Source of the DNA: an uncultured Clostridia bacterium
Lineage (GTDB): Bacteria; Bacillota; Clostridia; Christensenellales; UBA1242
DNA: 64,000 bases
Direction: 5' to 3'
NCBI GenBank assembly: GCA_944381155.1
Contig: CALWKA010000001.1
Coordinates: 130,529-194,528 of the forward strand
Below are positions 14,201 to 23,200 of the stretch, piece by piece (position 1 is the stretch's first letter; every line of letters begins with the position of its first letter). The notes under the pieces are model-generated. The model saw only the letters and a program-made list of their open reading frames with translations. It was not told the origin of the DNA and searched no databases. Both the position numbers and the translations under genes were made by a program.

Positions 14201-17200
14201 GCGCTACCAATAGCAACATATTGAATTGTACTTTCTCGGGCAGAGTGGATGTGACATTAACATCAAATGATGGATCAATTAATTTTGGTGGTTTAGTGGC
14301 AGAGGCAAATAGAGAAAGCGAAGATGAAGAAAATGTCAATATGACTATTATGAATTCGCATATAGGTTTAAATGACACGAACATTGCAGAAGATATTGAA
14401 ATAACAGAGTTTAATTTGACCATAAATGATGCCATCAATTCATATATAGGCGGAGCGGTAGGGTATGCTAGTGGCGCTGCTGTTACATCTATTTCAGTAG
14501 GAGATGTTAGTTTTAATCCGGAATATAGGAGAATTAAATTCAATATCAATTTGGCTAATTCAAGTGCCAACAACTATTTTGGCGGTATGGTGGGCGGACT
14601 AGAAAATAGTCAATTGTCCACAACGAATGCTATCACAGAGATAAATGTTTCGGGCAAAGAACAAACGAGTGTAGATATAGCTACAAGATCCTATATCAAC
14701 GCATACGCAGGTTTGGTTGGATATTATAGATTGTCAGGTTCAAATCCAAATCTTAACATAAATTCGTCTAATACATCGGCAAATATTAATGTTGCTAATG
14801 ACACATATATTACCAATTTATTAATATCCACAGGTGTGGCTTATGCTGAAAGTTCTAGCGAAATAGAGATGCTGATTGAACAATCGTTATTCACAGGTAT
14901 GATCAATACAGAATTGGCAGAAGATAGTGCCAACAATTTGAAAAATGTGTATGCGGGCGGAGTGTTTGCTTATGCTAGTTCAGAGAGTAGCATAAATGTG
15001 TCTGAAGTGATGACCACATCGAATTTGATAGTGGGTAGCGTAGAGACAATTCAATTATATGCGGGCAGTTTAATTGGACAAGGAAATGTCGTAAAAGCAA
15101 CAAACTTTGCGTCTACTGGCAGGATCGTGCCTATCACAGGATATTCAGAAGATCCTACTAACAACCACTTCTATATAGGTGGATTCGTGGGTCAAGCAAA
15201 TAGCGTGGAGATCACGAACGCATATTCGCTCACGAGCATTATTGCAGACAGCATAGAATATCAAGCGCTACAAGCGTTGAATATCAATGCATTATTCGGG
15301 GATATCACGGACGACAATATCAGCACTGAATATGTGTATTATTCATCAGATTATGCATTGTTTACCGAAGAGAGTGGCGCGGGATACAATCTTTCTGCCT
15401 ACACTTTGACTAGGACAAATATGTGGAGAACAGATGTAGATAATGGTTTGAACTATCGCGCTGGATTCTGGACCGAGATAGAATCTGCATCTGGATCATA
15501 TTATTTGCCATACATATCTAGCCTTGATACTCAATTGGTAAATTATGGCATTTTGAAAGAAGATAACAACACATATAGTTATCAATTGAATGCACTCACT
15601 CCTACTATTGTTGACAATGGCGCATCTACTAATATTTTAGTTTCAGATGTAGAGCCAGAGGACTTTAAATATTATATCCTTTCAAACAATCTCACACAAT
15701 TGTCGTTTACAGGCGGAGGTGTATTGAACGGAATCCTGATTGGTGGTGAGAGCGAATATACTGAATTTGGCACTCAAACTTCAGGAGAATACACGGGTAT
15801 TATTCCACAAGTTGGCAGACATAGTGCAATATCCAACCTTCATATTAGACTCTCTGCAAAGGAAGACGGATACAAAATAGGGGGAGCAACTTCAGGAATT
15901 ATTGCAGGGCTTAATGAAGGTGTGATTTTCAATAGTTCAATTCAAGGCACAGGCATAACAATAAATTCAACCAATATGGGATTAGTTTCTGGAAGAAATT
16001 CAGGATTGATTTCATATTCATATTCATCATTGGAAATCGTAGAAGCAAATGCAACTTCGCTTGCTGGAATCACATATCAAAATCAGGGAATGATTTTATC
16101 CTGCTACTTTACAGGGTATATCAACAATGCTAATGTTGCAGAAGATGGTAATATTACTCAAAAGTTCCTTGCCGCTTCAATCGTTGTAGAAAATGTTGAA
16201 ATGGGTGGCGGTGGCGAATATGTGAGCAATTTCATATACAACACCTATTCTGCAGGCGTGATAGAAGCTGTCAGCGATCAAGGAAACTCATTCATCGCCA
16301 AGGAAATAGGCCTAATGGGGGCAAACAACTATATTGATGAATTGGCGAATGTAGAAAATGTCACCATTAAGAATGAAGTAGGAGAAGAGGAATATGTAAT
16401 ATTATCCACCATAGACACTGCCCAATTAATGTCTGCAGAGGTGTTAGATGGGTATGATGATGGAAAATGGTATTACACCACATATAAAATAAATTTTCAG
16501 TCATATTATTTGATAGATAGAGATAGTGAAACATTTGGCTACAACTATCTATATCCAACTTTAAGAGTTGATAAAATTATAGTAGACGACTCTACAGAAT
16601 GGGATTCTCCGCATAATTTCGCATATTTCGACAATGAATATTTATTGTACACAGGCACTGGCGCTATCAATATGGCAGACGGTGGAAGCGTTGTAGGATA
16701 TGAAGAAGTTTTGAATGCACTTGCATCTTCCACGGATGAAGATGTGGTAGCGGGCGAAGGTGCAGCAGTCGATGATGGTGCCGGCGGAGACACGGGAGCC
16801 GCTGATAATGCTCTAGCAGAGCTAGTAAAAAGAGATATTATGAGGATTCCACATTTGGGATTGTTGTCAGCAATCAGAAGTTTAATGATAAACTATGGAG
16901 AAGTTTTCCCAGAGACAGAAATAGACTATGAAATAATACAATTATATTATGTATTGATCTATGATATAGATGGAACATATCAAGAAGGGGAAGAAGGTGG
17001 ACTTACCCAAATTTATGATTGGACACCAGTAGGCAACGCAAATTCTTCAGAATCTAATACTTTCTACATTGGTTCAGCGTCGGCATTTGAAGGCTTCTTC
17101 GTGTCAAACAAAAATTATGATTTCACCACTTTAAGTTTAAAGGACGCTTGTGCTATTAGCAATCTAAGCGATGGAATATTTGAAAATATCCAGGATGCAT

Positions 17201-20200
17201 ATTTCGGCTATCTAAAATTAGGTGGCGGAGAAGTAAATTTACAAGAAACGGGACTATTGGGAGTAAATGTCAATGCTGAAAGCGAAATTGGTGATGCAAC
17301 GGACGATGTGACTGTAGACAAAATTCAAATTTTGAAGAATACAATAATAAATGCTAGTGAATATGTCGGCGGATTGTTTGGAGTCATATCTGCTGGCAAT
17401 ATAAGCATAAAAGATTTGGTCACATACAATGGCGAAGGAGTGGAAAATGCACGACCAAATTTAACGATTAATAGTGCAGAATATGCAGGATTAATTGCAG
17501 GTAAAATTGAAGGCGGAAATATTAAATTAGGATTCACTCCAGAAGGATTAAAGGGTCTAGAAGAGATAGGAATAGAAGAAGAAAATGATTCTTTCTATAT
17601 AAGATATGGTAAAAATATTTCTTATGCTGGCGGACTAGTTGGATATATAGGAAATGAAAAGGAATCTTCTATAGATGTCAGTGCATATACGCAGGAAGAA
17701 AAAGAAGAAACTGGAGGAGAACCAGAAGGAGAACCGGATAATTCGAATAACAATAAAATAGTTATATTTATTTCGGAAGGCGGATTACAATTCTTGGGCG
17801 GTCTAGTGGGTGCTTCATTAGAAGGAAACAATTCAGAAATTGTAATATATAATGGCACAGTTAAAATAAATCAAATCAAAGATGATGAAGGTGTACCGAT
17901 AGGCACTATCGAAAATGTTTACTCGTTTGGCGGATTAATCGCCACATTAGACAATATTAGCGATAATGCTGCGATCACATTCAATAATTGTGGGCTAGAC
18001 TTAGGTACAGAAGGGCTGGCTATATCTAGTGATATAGCTAATATAGATGTGGGTAACTTTTTTGGATTGCTTGCCGCGAAAGTGAACGGCGGGACATTGA
18101 ATGTTCAAAACTTCTATTTCACAGAGGGATCAGACGCGTCCAAAATTACTTATGAACTAATTAATGCGGAAGAGGAGGATGATCACTCAAACGAAGGAAT
18201 GGGCATACTTGTAGGGATACTCAGTGGTGGTAACATAATATTTGATTCTTCTTCATTAATTATGCCAGATTTATATGCGGTGAACCTTTACAATTTAGGC
18301 GGTATAGTGGGAGTATATGATGCGGGTAGTATAGGAATAACAAATGAATCAGCATATCAAGTCTCACTATATGGTACAAGTAATGTAGGAGGCGCTATTG
18401 GTTATGTAACAGGAAATAGTGGAGACATCAAAGATATAGTTATGTCTTCTACAGACGAAGGGGAAGCTGAAGGGTCTGTCGAGGCAGAAGTTGGCAAAAC
18501 AGAAGCGGTAGAATATTTTGATTTCATTCATTCAGGTATGCCTTTCGCTAGTTTATATATAAATTCAGAAGGCTATACTGATCGATCTAATTGGGGCGGT
18601 CTGTTTGGCTATTATGATAAAGCAGATTTCAACGCTGAAGAAACCGATGACGATTTAGGCAGAGCAACAGAGGTAATTGAAATAATAAATGGCAATGCAA
18701 TAATCATAAGCGAAGGTACAACAGAAAGAGCTATTACTATTACTAATGTTGGCGGAGTGGTTGGCAAAATCAGTGGAAATACTAAAGCAATCAACAAATT
18801 ACAGAATAGTGCTTTAATAGGACCAGAAGAAGAAACTGAAGTTTGGGGGCTAGCCGAATCCAATGCATTCATTATGAATGCAGTGAATCCAGAGGACGAT
18901 GATTCAAAAAATACAGTCACATTGAACAATGTTGGCGGAGTGATAGGATATATCAGTGGCGCAACTGACGAAATTGCCATCACTGAATTAAATAATTCTG
19001 GAGTGATTCAAGGAAATCAAAATATCGGCGGAGTGATAGGATATATCAGTGACAGTGAAGGCGCGGACGAAATGACAATCTCTGCGATATCTAATGAATC
19101 AAACATGATTCAAGGATATCAAAATGTAGGCGGAGTGATAGGATATGCAGGCGGTGCGACAATCACAGGAATATCTAATAATACAACTGAAATGGTTCAA
19201 GGATATCAAAATGTAGGCGGACTGATAGGATATGCGGATGCCGAACTGATAGTTTCAAACGAATTAGATTTTGGTGAGACAACTCCTGTTGCCGGAGAAT
19301 TATATTTCAAAAAGATAGAGCCAGACGAAGCCACCAAAGAAGGTGCAAGGGCGGAAGATACGAATAAAGAAACTTATGAATTGTATATAGCAAAAGATGA
19401 TGAAACAGAGACGCTTTACAATTTGACTAGTAGTTCAGCAAACTCTGGCACAGTGTCTGGCGTGCTGAATGTGGGCGGAGCGTTCGGAATATTCAATGGA
19501 GAATTGGCAGAAAATATTTTCTCTGAAGCTGATGTTTATGGCAACGCAAATGTCGGCGGATTTGTGGGTTATGTGTTCAATGGGGATTCGACACTCTCAA
19601 ATAATATTGTGGCACTAAAATCCGAACCAGGCAGTAATTTAATAATAAAAGGCGTGTATTTAGCTATCAATTTTGAATCAGAGTCAGAGGTAGGAAAGTC
19701 AGAAATAATTTCAGAGATGTTCATTCCTACTAGCGTGGGTGGATTTGTAGGCACCATGGAGGACGGAATATTGAGAAGCAATTCTTTGTTCAATTCCAAT
19801 GTGATATCTTCACAAGAAGGAGATACTAGCGGAATAACCGCCGATGACTACAACAACAAAATTATCTCTACCGTTTCAAACAATATGTTGAAAATAAATG
19901 TATCCACAGGTATGGACTTATATCAAGATCCGGAAAAAACATTTGAATATTACACTTTTAAAGATGATGACTATGAGATAGCGGAGAATGTTTCCATAGT
20001 GTTCAATTCAACCAGTTCAGGCTTTGGCGGTTTCGCAGGTACAATGTCCTCATATACTGCACTAGCAGATGAAGACGACCAGTATTTAATTCAGTCAAAT
20101 GGTTTCCAAGTTAATGTCAATGCTCAATTAGGAATAAATGTCGGCACATTTTATGGATATTATTATGGTGGATCAAGCACAGGTGTAGAAGAAAAGGTGA

Positions 20201-23200
20201 TCCTCACTCCTAAGTTTTTAGGATCAGACACTGTTAATACGGTGGCTGGTGGATACAATATTGGCGGAGTGATAGGGCAATATTCAGGTTCTCAAAATTT
20301 GAGTCAATTTACATTGAGTGATACAAATAGTCAAGGAACGATTTCGTTGCAACCAATATACACTGGCATGTATGTGGGCGGATTGTTTGGAGTGTTACAA
20401 TCTAACGAAGTAGAAGGATTGGTATTAGATTCTACTAAAGACGGTGTCAGCATAAACATCAATTTGGAAAACACATATTACGCAGGCGGACTTGTAGGCA
20501 AACTTTATGTAACTGAAGATGCTAGTTTTGAGGGTCAACTAACGCAAAATGTGGCTTCGGGCTCTACGCTGATTGCTGAAAAATTCGGTGCACTTATAGG
20601 CTTGTTGAAAGTTGACGGAAGATCTGGCGGATCAGGATATAATGTGACAGTCAAAGGCGATCATGGCTATCCATTCACTATCAACACCATAGAAAATTCA
20701 AATTATGAAGACGGAGAAAGTAAATCTGGTGTATCATTATCTGGAGAATCTTCGGTGGATCTAGTAGCAATGGCTACTTATATCAATAAAGATACTTTCA
20801 ATATATCACCATCTAATAGTAGCTATGATAAAAATCCTACCCGAGCTGATTCGTGGGGATGGGCAAAAGAATATACAATGTTCAAGACTATGCAAAGGTG
20901 CATTCCAGCTAGCGACAACAAAGGTGCTCCATGGGATGCAATATCTGTGGTGTACGATGCTTCGAATATCACAAATGTAGGCACGATCAGCAATCTAAAT
21001 CTAACGAATACTTATTTATACGGAGAAGAAATATCTTCTAGCGAATGGAAAAATATGATGGATGAAGCAGAAGAAAAAGAAATGTGGGATGGTGAAAAAA
21101 TAGTAGAGCCAAGTCAAAGCGATGAAGGCTATGAAGAGAAACGATCTTTTTACAATAGTTGTAAAGTAATAGGGAAGAAAGATGGAAAATATCTATTCAA
21201 TCCAAACTATATTTGCTATACGATATATGAAGAAGCGGATGGCATAGAGAGAATGTATTCAGCAATTGGTATTGCAGAACCATATTTTGACATGGATGGT
21301 AATTACGCAATACCAAAAGTAGATAAGGAATTGGATTCAATGGAAGATTTCTTTGGTTGGTTAGGTTCAATCATTCTAGGACTAGATCCTCCAAGCTCAT
21401 ATTACCCATTAGTATTGAATAAAGGTACAGGATATCAGGGATTGACATATATAGATTTCAATGCTTCATATCCAGATGTGAATGGTGAAAGGCAAGGATT
21501 CTGGCCGTCAGCTAGTTCTTATAGAGATTATTTCTGTACAATTGATCATTTCTATGCATACGATGAAGATGGAGAAAGTCGAGAAGAAAGAACCGATACA
21601 ACATATTTTATGTTCACATATTTCTATACTAATGGCACTTTGGAAAATGGAGTTTTAAATACATTAGCAGATAGTGGGTCAATGTTTGATGTGAATGGAT
21701 TGCATTCTAGTGCTTTTGAAGATGTAATGAAAACAAAAGCTGAAGGAGAAACTTATCCTTGGTTAAAATATGCTCAATGGGCAACCGTTGCGGTAACGGT
21801 AATGGTAGGATTCTTTACAGCGGGAGGCGGTTCTTTACTTCTTTCAGCAGGAAAAGCACTTCTCAAGAAAATAGGTCAAACAATAGCAAAAATGACTGTT
21901 AAAAAATTCTTAAAAGGAGCATTAGTTGTGGGCATAGGTGCGGTGATTGCTAATACATTTGCTAATATGATAATATCGCAATCAATTGCTAGCCAATCTG
22001 CAGAAACTGTATATTATAATATTAAGAATGAGAATTTGGGTTACATTGGCGAATTATATAGGCGCGAGATAGCATATGAAATCACAGATGATGGCGCTAT
22101 ATTGAAGAATCAAGTAGATGCCGTTACCTCAGATAGCAAGGATGTGAATTATGTATTCTATTCAAAGGATAGACCAGACGATTATTACACGAATAGGTAT
22201 TTCGTATATATCCCTGCTGGAGATAATTATGAAACTATATATATGGAATCTATTGAGAATGCCGAGTTGGTAACAAGTGGAAATTTTGAAGGTGCATACG
22301 AATTTGAATATCTAGAAGGAACTGCTTATGCGTATGAATACTATATTTATCAAAATGGAGAATATTATGTATTGATGGACGCAATGCAAACCAGCACGGT
22401 TCCTACGCAAATGCCTCTTCCAGATGCATTGAGAGAAAATTATGATTATATATATTCATTTGGCAACATTTATGTCCGTGGGAAATACGAAGGCACTGAT
22501 TATGTATACGATCAAAATAGTGGAGAGATAGACAATGCAATAGTATGTGATGAGTATGGAAATTATACTATTAATGGTGTGAAATGGGATACTAAATGGG
22601 GTTTTATAACTGCAACAAAAGGATTGAAATATACTATTCTAAACGATGATAGTGTAAAGGAAAATAAAGATGACACAACGGGTATGTATTATATTCCAGA
22701 TGACGGAATGGGGGATGGCAGATATTATTACGGATATGGCTATATGAAGAATGCCTATTATACAGCAATAGGTGATTGGAGGATAGAAAATGCAGTTGAA
22801 AAAATTGGAACATTTAGTAATCGCACAACATCTGTTCCAACAGACAAAGACAAAGAAGGCATAGATTATGTGACCAGAACCTATATAGAATATGGTACTG
22901 ACGACGATGGAAATCCTATTGTCGAGAAACAAATAACTTATTATTATACTATATCAAAAATAGAAGATCGAGATAAGGACGATGCAACAATTGAGAATAA
23001 ATTTGAAAATGCGAGCAGTCTATCTGGAACGATTACTGATCTATCTGAGCTTCCAGATGAGGTTTATGTAAAGTTATATCCAGATTCATTTGATAATCCA
23101 TATGATGAAAGTATAAATGATGAAATAGTTTCTGATTCTCAAGATAGTTATATTTATCAGTTAAATGCAGATAAAGATGTTCCAGGAGTGGGTCATGCGA

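Noticed and set aside
13863-14573. 236-aa minus-strand ORF, and similar ones at 5823-6101, 12018-12368, 17325-17858, 18612-18983 and 19569-19799, inside the giant gene
   Set aside because: They are antisense shadows of the GGxxG/Asn-Thr-rich coding strand. Their translations are monotonous PPT/PTNPP strings, and they have no SD or promoter. The sense ORF is continuous across them.
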